21,293 nt of DNA from Paraspadella gotoi (taxonomy: Eukaryota > Animalia > Chaetognatha): the NCBI GenBank assembly GCA_051294375.1, contig JBJCIZ010000654.1:1-21293 (forward strand), in the 5' to 3' direction. Shown here one piece after another: positions 9,099 through 21,228 of the stretch (positions are counted from its first letter, which is position 1; the number at the start of each line of letters is the position of its first letter). Made by a program: the position numbers and the translations under genes. Under the pieces are notes generated by a model that ran no database searches, was not told the origin of the DNA, and saw only the letters and a program-made list of their open reading frames with translations.

Positions 9099-12000
9099 TC
9101 GCTTGGTATCGCTGTTATTGCGTCAACGTCAGTTCAAGAAGATTTTGTGTCGTTGGTCCGTCCCGTCGTATGACCCATTTGAGCAAAAAAGTCGTTTTTC
9201 ATAACGTTGTTTCTCTCGGACTTCGCGGAAACGAGGGGATCGTAGTCAAGGTCTGTTCTTTCATCGTTCGTGTGCTCGCGACCGATCCTCCGGCTTACCT
9301 TCGCTTATTCTCCTACCTTCTGCCCCCTATTTCAAAACCCATCCTTTTAACCTCCTGGTATCTCCTCTTTCTTCCTTTCCTTTTATATTTCTTCTTGATA
9401 CGCCTTGATTATTCATGCGCTTCTCTCTAGGCGACGCTGCAGGTCGTCTCGCTGCTCCTCTAGCTTTTCCTCTCTCCTTTCTCTCTCCTCTCGATGTTCA
9501 CAACTCGCAGCTACTCTCTCTTCTCTCTTCTTCTCTTTTCTCCTCTCTGTACTCTGTTCCTCTATCTTTTCGCCGCCTGCTTCGGCCTCTTACCTCTGCT
9601 TTTCGTTATTTATGTTAGCTTTCCTTTTCTTTTCTATTTGCGCCGCGGAACGAGTTCTGCACGCGGACGAGCAACTCTATCGCACACTTTTCAGTCAGTC
9701 GGGTATCGGTGCGTTCGGGATGTCTTGTCAGTCCGCGCTCTGTTCAAACTACAATTAAAGATTACTTTATCACTCGCCTATAATTAGCTTCTCATATGAT
9801 TCAAGACCAGGGACAAATAACTTTCAATTAAGATGAACTGTACTGCGCTGGCCCGCCTTCGGAAATCAAGTAGAAATTATAATCGTATAGAAGTCGGTGC
9901 TAATAAAGTCATTGCAGCGCACCACAGCGATTTGATTTCGTTCTTGTTGTCTTCTGCCTATTTTTGCTATTTTCTCGTGGTATAATTTTGATTTTTTTTG
10001 TTGTTCTCTTCATGTCTTTTTTTTCGATTTTACTTTTTTAATTTCATTGGCCCTCAAACGTGTTTCGTATGTGGTGAATATTATTTCGTTTTCAGAAGCA
10101 GGGCATGATAATGTCTTTTTTTACTCATTAGCTTTTTGTTCGCGGCTTAATGTTAGTGTGCGCTGTAACCGTGGTTTTAAAGTCATTAATATCGAGTTTA
10201 GGAAAGTGAATTGCTGTTGAATTTAAAATCCAGGTAATAATTGCGGAATAGAGAGGGAAGAGTGCTCGTATCTCGCAGTCATTCGTGAGGTATTCTCCGC
10301 TAGACATCGTCTGATGTAGTGACCTGTATGAGAGAGGATCTGACGAGCGACGGTGTGCATTATTTCTGGCGGATTAGCACTCTATTTAGCGTGATTGACG
10401 CAATGCGTCCACTGCTCTCGAACTGGCCTGCTACCGATTGTCCCGTTAGTTTTTCTTTTCGCCGTGCCCCATGGTTTGGTTACTTCATTTTTTGACTAAT
10501 TGAGCACAATGGCTTTACCATAGGAATAAAGCAAGAAAGCCGGAGGCTTGCTCTCAGATTCCGCGCGCAAGTCTCACCGAACACATTTCTATCGTAAGGG
10601 TTCGGTGAGCACTTGTATACAGAGCGGCTGTGGGGCGGGATAAGTCATGCCTCGTAGGGCTTGCAAGGGTGAAATGGTCTGGTCAAACTCGACGAATTAA
10701 GCCGTTATCAATTCACCTACAACCGGAGGTTACAGACGGGGATTACCGTTAGCGCGCGAGGACAGTAGGAGCAGGAGTCTTGACCAGAGCCGGTGTCACT
10801 GACGGGCGCGGGGGCCCGTCGTGTGGACGCCACGACGCCCTGGCACTGCTGTATCGAGCAGTTGATTTTGTTCCGCACGTTTCTGTGGAGCGCAGCACTC
10901 CCGTGCCCCCATGGGTGCAGGTGAAGCGGACTATTTGGCGGAGAAATGGGTTGACAGGTTGTCTGTAAGGGGGAATCGAGGTTGTGGGGTTGTGGTGTTG
11001 TTGGGGGGATTGTCGGGTGTGGTGAATTATGTCCAGGCTGCGTCGGTGAGGGGAATTGTGGTGTGGGGATTTGGTGGGGTGAAGAGGATATGTTGGTGTT
11101 GGGAACGTGGGGTGAGGGGAATTGTGAGTATTCTGTGTGGATGAAATTGTGTGTGGTATTGGGTGGGATTGCTAGTGTGGGTCTTCGTGTTTTTGATGAG
11201 GAATGGATACGATAGTAATTCGCTCGAGTAAGAAGGAACATCGGCACGGCCACGGAGACGAGGGTAAGGGAGCCTTAGAGGCTAAGAGTAAGATACGGAG
11301 GAAAGACCAGCGAGTGAGAGAGAGCGATCAAGGCGGAGAGCATATTATAGACGAGCAGTATAGGTACTAAACGACGGATAACGGGTGGAAGGAATATCAT
11401 ACGCTTCATGAGGATGTGAGTCGCCTCCGACGGTAATAGGCGGGGGGCGACAGGGGACGTCTCTGAGGGGGGCCGAGGACAAGCAGGAGAATAATGAGGA
11501 CGAGAAAGAAAAGGAACGGGAAAAGGAGATTGAAAGGGAAGATGACGTGACCTCAGAATTACTCTGAGGAAGAAGAAGAGAGCAGGGAAGTGATGAAACG
11601 TATGAAGATTGGTGATGAGTGAAAGAAGCATCTATAAAAAAATTTTAAAAAAATAATTTATCTGCACGTTTTCTAAAGACGAGAAAGGAAAAAGAAAGGA
11701 GGTAGAGAGAGGAGAGAGGAGACGAGGAGAGAGAGGAGAGGGATGGAGAGAGAGACGACTGAAAACAAGAGGGGAGAGGGGGGAAACACTAAAAAAAAAA
11801 GAAGGAGGAGGTAAAGAGGAACCGGCACTGCGTTGTTTTTGTCAAATTCTAATTTTTTTTAAAATAGGTAACGATACAATGGCCCCGAGAAGGAGGGTAG
11901 CGAAGACGGGAAAAAAGAGGATTGGAAAAAAACAAAACAAAGGGGATTGGGATTAGGCAAAGTTGCGCGAGAAAAGCAAGGAACGTAAGAACTCTTTGAA

Positions 12001-12637
12001 TTTTTTTCAAGAAGCGAAAATTAAAAGATTATGCGTTGACGCACTTCGTTTCAGGTTGATTAGTGCTTAGCGACTTTATTATTTTATTTTTTGTTAAGGC
12101 CATAGCGTACAACAAGTCTTTTTTTTTTAATTTTCAAGTTGTTTTGAAAAAAAAAAAGGCAACGTAAAAAATTGCTTTAATTTTTAATCCATCGGGAAGA
12201 AAGGAGGTTTGATCGAAGTAAGATAAGGGCTATTTAAGGACGTATAACGCATGGAACATCGCTCGATCAAGGGGAACATCTGGTAAAACGTAGTCATCTA
12301 AGCGACAGCTCAGTCGTACCATTGGCGACCAACTTACAGGCGGACAGCTAGGCTCGGCGATTGAGCTCAGCGCTGCCGAAGCCTTCAAATGACTGACAAA
12401 TGAGAGAAGGGAGGAAGTTTTTTCCTTCGTCCGCCAGAGGTCAACTCTTCTTCTCTTTTTCTCTCTCATTTTTCCTATTTTTAATATTCCTCCTCTATCT
12501 TTTTCTGTCTTCTTTGTTCTTCTCATTTTTTCTTTGAGTGTGACGTACGACCCCCGCTTTGCTTTGATGGGTATCTCATACGTTTCAAGGTTTTCCCCCT
12601 TTTCTTTTTTTAGTCAATAAACCTTCGAGCTTGCTCG

Positions 12638-12698
12638 TCTTCTCTTCTCTCTCGTCTCTCTCTCTCTCTCTCTTCTTCTCTCTCTCTCTCTTCTCTTC
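12638..12698. repeat. Imperfect (CT)n microsatellite
   Basis: Interrupted CT run. Confidence 0.75.
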
Positions 12699-13861
12699 CA
12701 GAGTATGATCTTCCCTGGTCTTTTCTGTCTTTCCCAGAGTGAGAAAAAAAAAGGATTGGCCTTAGCTAGACGGAGCTTAGGGTGTGCTAGCGGAACGTTG
12801 TCCACGCACCTCTGGGTATGATACAAATGACGAGAGAGAGCAACTAGAGGTGAGAGGGAGTAGACCGGATCATAGGCTGTACGAGAGGAGACACTCTCCT
12901 GTGAAGAAGAACTGAGATATGGAGCCGGATGACGTGGGAGTTTTAGGGATCCGAGAGCAGAGAGAGAGACGAGGGAGGGGAGGATGAGACCGAGATGAGA
13001 AGGAAGAGAAAGCAGAGGTGAGAGAGGATAAAAATTTCCCTTATATGACGTTTGTGGCCTATTGATTTGAGTCTCTATTACACGCACGCAATGAAAAATA
13101 AAACATAAAATTCCGCTCAGATGTGAACCTCTGGACCCATCGATCGCGTGATTGGTTGAAATGTGTTTCTTCGTCAGATTTGAAGAAAACGATGTTGAAT
13201 GGACCCGTTGATCTATTCGTGATTACTTTTAATGATGTGGTGTTCTGTTGTGGGTTTTTATTACAATGTTTTATTATTATTATGGCCCGCTTACATCCTG
13301 ACAAGAGTTGAATTAACAATTGAACAAGTCGGCCGGGATTCACCAGTGATGTGGTTAAGAAAATCATGTAAGCAGTTGTAGGGTAGTAGGAGAGTGCGGA
13401 ATCGGTCCGCTTAGTCTTCCGGTTGTGAGGTTTTGTGGGTTTTATTATATATATTATCATACATTTACTATTTGAAGTCCGGAATATAATTTTACCATTT
13501 GCTACACCTTAAGACGTTCGTCCGGTGTCGTTTTGTTTAATTCGAGATATTATGCCGCGCGCGGCCCCCTGTCACTTAACGACTCAGGATCCTGTAGACG
13601 AATTGAAAAAGAAATGCTGCGCAGAGATATGAAAGACGTAAGACGAGAGGCGTCTAGGTAATCAGTTGTCCGTGGAGAGGGGGAGCTTCGTGGGTTGACG
13701 GCCTTTGTTGGGCGGGGGTTGGGAGAAAGTTGGGAGGTGAGATGGAGATGGACATTCACGTGATCCTCACAAACAAAAATCCGCACCTCAAATACATAGA
13801 TAAGGTCTCGGCTCGTTCGTCGAGGTAGGAAGAGAGGAGTCGAAGGAGGATGAAGGTCGAA

Positions 13862-13968
13862 AGGGAGGGGAGAGAGAGAGAGGGAGGAGAGAGAGAGAGA
13901 GAGAGCAGAGAGAGAAGACGTAAGAGAGAGAGATGAGAGAAGAGAGAAGAGGGAGAGGAGAGACAAAG
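13862..13968. repeat. Imperfect (GA)n microsatellite
   Basis: Interrupted GA run. Confidence 0.75.
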
Positions 13969-14242
13969 AGGCCCGTAAGAAGAAAAGAGTTCCGTCGGAT
14001 AATATTCTTTCCTGTCGAGTTTGCGGTGTTTTTTTAGCGCATCATTATGGAGAAGAGTTTTTTCAGTGTCGTCGCGCCATGCTCTTGCATTGGATTGCAT
14101 TGCTTGTCCTCTTCTAACTGGTATGTTATGTGATTTCACATTATTTTTCTATTTTTTTTCTATCTTGCTTACACATATCTCTTATTTTTTTTCTTCGATT
14201 TCAGTTTTTCATGTTGTTTTGTGCTTATATTTTGTTCGCACA

Positions 14243-14400
14243 TTTTTCTTCTTTCTTTCTTTTTTCTTTCTTTCTTTCTTTTCTTTCTTTCTTTGGCTTT
14301 GGACTTCTTTCTCTTTCTTTCTGTCTTCCTTCTTATCCTTCTCTTCCTTTCTTTCCTTCTTCTTTCTTTCTTTTCTTTTTCTTCTTCAAGACTTTTTCAT
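14243..14400. repeat. (CTTT/CTT)n low-complexity tract
   Basis: T-rich pyrimidine tract with ttct/ttc units. Confidence 0.75.
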
Positions 14401-14904
14401 TCCTTCAAATTTTCTCACTAGTTTCTCTCCGTTTCGCTTTTTTCTCCTTCAGTTTTCTTTATTTCTTTCTTGCTATACTCCCTTAGCTTCTCTACCCTCT
14501 CTTTCTTTTTATTGTTTCGCTTTCCAAGTCGCGACGTCGATGCGTGACCGAGAGCGTAACGCGGATGGGGCGTACCGCGTATTATTCGTCTCCCTAGCAA
14601 CACATCTGGGGACGTTGCTAATTCCGTGGATTAACCCTTTAACCTCCGATCGGCGGAGAAAAAACAGACATTGTCGAAGCGTTCTTTAGAAGAAAATTAC
14701 CAATATTTGTAGATGTTCCAGATTAACAATTAAGTCGGAATATGGATAAAAACGCCATTATATGTTGTTTTGTTCTTCATGGTGTTCACGAATGTTTTTT
14801 ATTAAGTGTCGGCATATATTAACCGTACCGAGTGCTACATTTTGTTAGTGTGATAAAAAAAACAAATAAAAAACAAGAAGTTATGCCTGAGAGAAAAAAT
14901 GTTG

Positions 14905-15167
14905 TAAATTAAGGACTACTCTGTGATTAAACATTAAATGCAAGCTGGAATGAAAGTCGTAACGCTTGATTGAAAGATTCAATCGGAAATAGACATATCT
15001 ACGTCAGCACCGACGCATTCCGCTCTCTCTGGCCTCTTCTCTCTTCTCTCTTCTTTTTTCGCTTCCTTCTTTTCCTCTAAACACTCTGCATTCCCAACTT
15101 CTCTCTCTTTTTCTTCTTCTCTCCTCTCTTTTTTTCTCTCCAGATTCTCTCTCTTTTTTCTCTTTCC

Positions 15168-15214
<47 letters not shown>

Positions 15215-15801
15215 TCTCTCTATCCCCCTCCTTCTCCCCCCCTCTCCCTGCCCCCTATTTCTCCCCTTCTCCCCTTATTTTTAATCAAATGTGATGCAGT
15301 CTTCGTCTCCACGTTTTTTTTTTTTTCTCCCTCCCTTTTTTTTTTTTTTTTACGATATTACATTCGAGAACAAGAAGGGTTTATCGTCTGAGCGATATGT
15401 CAAAGGATCATCTTCCATCGTCAGGGCATATCATTCAAATTCACCGCTCGACTTTTTTCGTCTTACTCGTCGCTCGTTCGTCGTCGTTTTGGTCAGTTTG
15501 ATCATTTTATCAATATTCGAGCGGTGCCGCTTTAGAGACTCGTTCATTACGGTCAGGCTTCGGCGTCAGGGGTCGCGGGAGGCCCTTCGACCCGGACACG
15601 ACCGGGCCTTCGGTGAATTTTAAGCAGGAACTACAAGTGCCCGTAAATGTTTATTGTGTATCTACTACGACAAACGCTCAAATCCGGCAGGAAAAAGGAA
15701 ACTTCTGATTTTCCGCACTGCGACTAAAAGTTGAGGCTCATGAAACCACAGTTCAATTTAGATTGGCAAACTGATAACATTATTTTTAAAAAACGTGGTA
15801 C
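14905..15801. repeat. Duplicated MEX3 intron segment, copy B, left flank of the retrotransposon
   Basis: Direct-orientation match to 144-1067; differences are mostly 1-2 nt indels. Confidence 0.95.
15171..15220. repeat. (CT)n microsatellite
   Basis: Near-pure TC run within duplicate copy B. Confidence 0.9.
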
Positions 15802-16025
15802 TAGTTAATAGAGATAAACAAAAAGCAACAAACTACTTTATTCTCTTAACAAATAAAAATAAAATAACAATGGAAAATGCTAAGTCTAAGAGAAGACAAT
15901 AGGTAACGATTAGGGACAAACGGGCCAAGTTACGAGTCGCGAAATCAGTCAATTCTTCATGTTAGGGAAGAAGAGAGATTAAGCGTTTGCATGTTGTTGT
16001 CGTTGTTGTGGTATGCTTCCACACA
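15802..16025 (-). repeat. 3' LTR (about 224 bp; outer ~40 bp garbled)
   Basis: Direct repeat of 20999-21228, beginning TGTG immediately after the PPT. The left boundary is inferred from where host similarity ends and from LTR length. Confidence 0.85.
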
Positions 16026-16035
16026 TCCCCCCGCC
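16026..16035 (-). promoter_or_regulatory. Polypurine tract
   Basis: Minus strand GGCGGGGGGA directly precedes the TGTG start of the 3' LTR. Confidence 0.75.
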
Positions 16036-16289
16036 AAGCTTTTGCCCGGAGGGGAGAAGGCCTTGAAGTTATTTGATTCTGTCGTCGTCGGTCGTCGGTG
16101 GTTGAAGCATCGTCGGTAAGGGCGATCTGCAGTCCTGACACAGGGGTATGGTGGCGTCGTGCGAAGCGCGGCTGTGAAGAAACATTTTCGCTTCCGTTTC
16201 TTGGCTCTGGCGATTTGCAGTGGGGCGAAGTGGCGGAGGTCGATGGTGTGGCGGCGCGCGGGGGCGCCGATTGAGGACGGCTCCTGGGT

Positions 16290-19200
16290 GTGCCATCTCG
16301 TCAATGACGGCCGGCTTGAGTCGATCTACGAAATGATTACACAGCCGGCGCCGGGATCTCGATTTTGAAGTTTTCGTCACCGCGTTCCAAGAACGGGTTG
16401 ATGTACGGGCCATCGTTAGGGCGGCGTGACAGCGTGTCGTTCGCTCTGTCGTGAATGGCCGTCGCGCCGTACGTAGGACGCGGTCAAGCGCGCAAGGCGT
16501 TTCGGAACATGCAGCGGGTGCGAGGTGTCTGTCAGCTAGTGGGAAGGGGCTGCATTAAGCGACTTCTGGCGCAAAGCGCTCATCGAAGAATCCCGCGCGC
16601 GGGCAGCAGCGTCAACGTTCGGAAACGTGGACTGAAGCACGTGACCCATGGAAGAGTAGCGTGTCGCCGAGATTCAACTCCGGGAGGAGATGTCAGAGTC
16701 TTCACGTGGGTGGGCGCGGAGGCTTAGCTTAAAGGATCCATGGCAGTTGGGTTAGCCAGTTCTTCACCAGGCCCGCCGTTCGCACGCCGGCGCGAGCGGC
16801 TCTTCCTTCAGTGTTCTATGGAACCGCTCGACCATTCCATTTGCTGAGGGGTTGGTAGGCAGTAGTTGTAGCAGGATCAAATCCCACCACCGCGGCCACT
16901 TGGCGCCACAACTCGGATAGGTAAACTGTGCGCCGCGACGTTCGGTCGTGACCCGACAGAAGGACGCGAATCTGAAACCCAGTTTTGGCATAAAGGCCGA
17001 GGCGATCGGATTATGCCTAAAGCGTTCTCGAACGTGTTGCCACAGTGGCGCGCCTCTGGCCAGGCGTTGAGCGATCAATCATTGTAAGTTAGGTGTGTGA
17101 CTGAAACGGCTGGGAAATGCGTCCTACCAAGTCGACCGTGGATGTGAGAAAAAACGTTTTGGCAGGTGGATTCCAAATGCTTTAGAGGGCGCGCGAATGT
17201 GCGTTGAACTTTGGCTCTTTGACAGATGTCGCAGGATGATGCCCACGCGCGATGTCGGTGTGATGCTGAATGGCCAAATAAAACGTGATTGTGACAAGTT
17301 TCTTTGATGCACGGACCCTGGGTGACAGATGGCATGGGGATGGATCAAAAATGCGTCGGCGACCATGTTTCTGGACGATGGGGGCGTGCCCGTGAAACCG
17401 GAAGTATTCGCATTATAAGGTTGAGCTCCCGATCGGGATTTGTTTTTGACGCAGCGCCGTAGTTGAGGGTCGTGACGGAGGCGTATTGGACGTCTTGTCA
17501 GTTGCCTGATCGGCTGCCAGGCGTCGAAGTTGATGTGAAGGGCGCCTACCGCGTTGATGGTCGCAACGACATTCTTCACAGCGCCTTTGCGGTGCAGCTC
17601 GATTGAGTTTGTTGGGTTCCTGTGTCAGACGTTTGAGATGCTGCCTTGTGATCGGCGTTCCGCTGTGCCTTGCTCTGTGGTGGCGAGAGAGGGCATCGGC
17701 GACAATTATTTGCTTTCCAGTCAATATGGCTGGATTGTCGCTGGGTATAATTCCGCGATTTCCTGCAAGTTGGTATGTCTGGCGCTTGTTGTGGGCCGGC
17801 TTTTTTTTCGAAGGAGCAGGACAAGCGAGATATGATCCTAAAAAGTGGTAAAACGGCGGCCCCTTTCCAAGTATGGGCGGAATGAGTATGGAGCAATGGG
17901 CTGCCAACAACTCCTTATCGAATGGGGGCCATGCGCTTGATTCGCTTAAGCGTTTTGAGTGGGGAATCCGAGAGGTTTGCCAATGGAACCATTGACAAGT
18001 TGCCTCTAATACAGCGCAACAGCGACGTCAGAGGCGCGTAACGGTTAAGAGAAAGGGGGCCGCCATCAATTGGATGGACGCAACATTCTAGCATCACATA
18101 GAGCGTCCTTGATTGATGAAAAGGCAGCGTCTTGAGGCGCTGCCCACTTCAGTGTGCGTGTGAGTTTCCCGCGAAGGACTTCAGGAGTGGGTCGAGTTGC
18201 GGGGCGGCTGGTGAGGGCAAAACGGCGATAATATTAAGATGCCGAGAAACCCGCTGTAACTCCTTATGGAGGTAGGCGTTGCCCTTGCCCGGACGCAGCC
18301 TCAAACTTTTGTTGGAGTGGGCGACGCCATCTTTGTCGACGTTGTAACCTAAGAATTCGAGGCCTTGAGGCGCAAAAAACACACTTTGCACGGTTGACAA
18401 TAAGTCCATTATTGGCGAGGGGCATTGAGACCGTTTTGAGATCTTCTTGATGCTTTCTTCATGGGAGTTTGCGGCGACAATGCGTAGGTCGTCCAGATAA
18501 ACAAAGACGTGGAGGGGGCTTCCTGCTCCAGGACCTGATCCATTCATGCGGGCCTGGAAATCCTGGACCAGCGTTTTTAGCCAAAAGGCAGAAGAGAAAT
18601 TCCCAGAGGCCAACATGGAGTGATAATTGCGGTCTTGTGGCGGTCTTCTTTCGCGACGGGTAATCTGGTGGTACCCTTACATAAGTCGATTTTTGAGAAG
18701 ATTGTTTTTCCGCAACATCGGCGTTGAAATCCATTAAATGACGGAATCGGCGTATACGGTCAAGTTCAACTGTGACGCCTTTGAGCGTCGATATCCCCGC
18801 ATGGTCTTAGAGAGAGCATCGGGCTTCGCACAACGTGGAGAGAGGCGAGGCCCAAAGAGGACGTGGAGCGGCGCGATAATTCCGAGTTCCTCCATCTTTC
18901 TTGAACTCTGCCTTGGCGGCCGCGAGTTAGTCGGGCGCGCAGGCGGCGTGCGCGGGCATAAACGGGGGCCCTTTGCGTCGCGGATATGATGATGAATCCA
19001 CCATGTAATGGCGGAGATGTGTTGAAAAACTAGTTTTGTCATTCTGGGACGTTCGTCCAGGGAGGGCGGAGTAAGCGTCCACGCACCGTTGAAAGTGCTC
19101 GGGGAGGTGCGGCGGAAGGTGGCGCAGGGCGTGTCGGCTTATGACCTGTATAGTCTCAAGGTCAAGGAAGAATTTCCGGCCGTTGGATGGTCATCACCAA

Positions 19201-19540
19201 GAATGGTGTTCCATTTAAGAAAGTGGCGCCCAGATGGGCGATGGCAACATCAGGCGATTGATGACAAAATATGGAAAATACGTTTTCCAAGATGAATCAT
19301 CATTTCGACGAAACGCCAAAGTCTCGATAGGCTGTCGTTTGCGGGCGCGGAAGTCAGGCGGGGCATTGCCAGCGGGAAAGTGCGGCCTTGACAGCGTTGG
19401 GATTCGCTTGTTGCGGCCAGCTGGTCAGCCTTCGACTGGCTGGGAAGGAGAGTCGCTCGAAGCGCCGATCAACTAAAACCACGTCCAGGCCGGCGTTCCT
19501 GGTCGCGCCACGAGGAAATAGAGTTTGGTCATTACGGCCA
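16290..19540 (-). pseudogene. pol: Retrotransposon pol: aspartic protease, reverse transcriptase, RNase H, integrase (multiple frameshifts as assembled)
   Basis: PR: WFLVD-GAS-like at about 19455-19482. RT: KMEELGII (about 18875-18900), FVYLDD (YLDD 18488-18499), LEFLGY. RNase H: FDKELLAA (about 17898-17922), IVADALSR (about 17683-17706). IN: H..HPG and CDICQRAKV (about 17205-17345), RGAQFT, ANGMVERFHRTLK (about 16805-16845), GPY (about 16405) and VDRLKPA (about 16305-16330). Confidence 0.92.
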
Positions 19541-19559
19541 GCGACGCGGGCGATAGCGG

Positions 19560-20773
19560 CCGGCTGGCGTTGGTGTTTGACGGCGCCATTTGAGCAGGGG
19601 CCGCCGTCTTTATTAGTTCGTGGGCATTGATGGCTTTGCCTTGAAATTGTAGTGATAGAAACAACGACTATCGCCTATCGGGGGTTCGCCGCATGAGTTG
19701 GTGCGGCGGCGAGGACCGGACTTGGGCGTGTGTCTCGACGATGGTTGCTGCGGCGCGCTGCTGAAATCTCATTTGTTGACACCGGTGACGTGGCGGTTGC
19801 GACGGCGCACTGCGTTTGACCATAGGAGTAATGGGCAGTTGTGTCATCCTCCTGATCATCGGGAAATCTCCAGTGGCTCGTCATAAGTTGGTCTCAGTGG
19901 CGCTGACAGCATTAACAGCAGCTGCAGGTCCGGTCGGCGTTAGCGCAGTTGTCCTGATGAGCAGATAGAACTCGTCTGCGTCCTTGGCGATGTTCTGTCG
20001 GCCGTCTTTTCCTTTTTCACGGTGTTCTCTTACGTTATTGAGGTAAGAGAGGCAGCAGGAGGCTAGCTTTGACGTGTTCCATGGTGACGCCACAAGCATC
20101 GGCGTCGATCGCTGCGGATGTTGTGAGAGTGACGCTCCTTTAATGACCCCGTCATACTTCAGTGCCTTAGGCGGCTCGCCTGTGGCGTCCTCGCCGTAGT
20201 CTTTCCTTAAATGCGCCACCAGGTTGGCAGCTATTGCGGCTTGGCCTTCATCTGTGCGCAGATTTTTGAAGGGATTAGCCAGTGACGACCGATGAATGCG
20301 CAGAGGATATTGAGCTTTTTCTCTCCAGGTTCGGAAATACTCCAGTGGCGGTGAACTCACTCGCGGCATGGTTCCACCACTCCTCTCGATGTGATCGGCG
20401 TCGCAAGGTGGTCAGTTTGGATTATCTTCTGCCCAGTTTTTTGGTGGTTCTTGAGTCCACCAGGGGCAGGTATCACCGCATGGCGGCGGCATTCCACCGG
20501 GTATGGCGCGGATTGCACCGGCGGGCTTCATCGGTGCTGTCACCTCCAGAGAGAGGGTGGCAGATCAGTTTGAGGCGCCTTCGGTTGCTGAAAGCGGGAC
20601 TCAATTACCTGTTCAGCTCAGCCAGCTGACTTTGCATCTGCGATGATAGACGCAAAAAGTCCTTCAAGGGTCAAGGGTGGCGTGGGGAACGGAATGTTCC
20701 ACGGGCATGGAAAGCTTTCGTCGCCGTCGGCGCTTGCGGCAGGCCGACTTTGATCACGGGTCTCGACAGGCAT
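19560..20773 (-). pseudogene. gag: Retrotransposon gag (multiple frameshifts as assembled)
   Basis: Candidate ATG at 20773 (MPVETRDQ). C-terminal knuckle CFYHYNFxGKAINC...GPC at about 19594-19663, which needs two 1-nt corrections. Lies between PBS and protease. Frameshifts may be sequencing error. Confidence 0.7.
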
Positions 20774-20982
20774 CGCAGGCGTTTCTTTCTTCGTCTGCGG
20801 GATTTGAGCGTGCGACGGGCGGTTGAGCAGCTTCCGTTCGCGAAATTTAAGCGTTTGAATCCAGGTTTAGGAAAAAGTTCGGTTTTCTTTCTTTTTGATT
20901 CGTTTTTCTTTTTAATTTTTTTTTTTTTTTTTAATGTTTTTGTAATTGAGGAAAAAAGTTTAGGTTTCGGTTATTTATTTTG

Positions 20983-20996
20983 CGTCGGACTCACCA
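20983..20996 (-). promoter_or_regulatory. Primer binding site, tRNA-Trp-like
   Basis: Minus strand TGGTGAGTCCGACG lies 2 nt inside the 5' LTR end. It matches 12 of the first 14 nt of the canonical tRNA-Trp PBS TGGTGACCCCGACGTGAT. Confidence 0.75.
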
Positions 20997-20998
20997 CG

Positions 20999-21228
20999 TG
21001 TGGATACAACAAATTTCAGACTGAGAATGGATTTTTCTTCTAACAAATAAATAACAATAACAATGGAAAATTGCTAAGTCTAAGAGAGGACAATAGGTAA
21101 ACGACTTGAGGGACAAAACAGGGACAATTAACACGAGTCGCCGAAATCAGTCATATTCTTATGTTCGAGCGGAGAGAGGAGGAGAGATAAAAGGTGCATG
21201 TTTGTTGTCGTTGTTGTGGTGCTTCACA
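20999..21228 (-). repeat. 5' LTR (230 bp)
   Basis: Element orientation TGTGAAGC...ATCCACA (TG..CA with short inverted termini). Matches 15845-16025 (e.g. aataacaatggaaaa(t)tgctaagtctaagaga, gttgtcgttgttgtggt) and is followed by the PBS. Confidence 0.9.

Larger units (their letters stand above)
15802..21228 (-). mobile_element. Full-length Ty3/Gypsy LTR retrotransposon, CsRn1/Kabuki-like lineage
   Basis: Paired LTRs, PBS and PPT, with minus-strand domain order gag(CHCC)-PR-RT-RH-IN; IN downstream of RT/RH is the Gypsy-type order. The flanks rejoin to give the empty site seen at 1061-1080. The lineage call rests on the CHCC knuckle plus the tRNA-Trp-like PBS. Confidence 0.93.

Noticed and set aside
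14021-14689. 222-aa Phe/Ser/Leu-rich 'membrane protein' ORF
   Set aside because: Product of a CTTT low-complexity tract.
8842-14900. Search for MEX3 exon 2 (CKIKALRAKTNTYIKTP, KH2, RING) or other genes
   Set aside because: No recognisable motif found by eye on either strand. The short ORFs are compositional, with alternating GT-rich (about 10960-11210), GA-rich (about 11260-11820) and T-rich blocks typical of low-quality read sequence.
16030-16290. Possible env gene or chromodomain after integrase
   Set aside because: Only about 260 nt of Pro/Thr/Arg-rich sequence lies before the PPT, with no recognisable motif.
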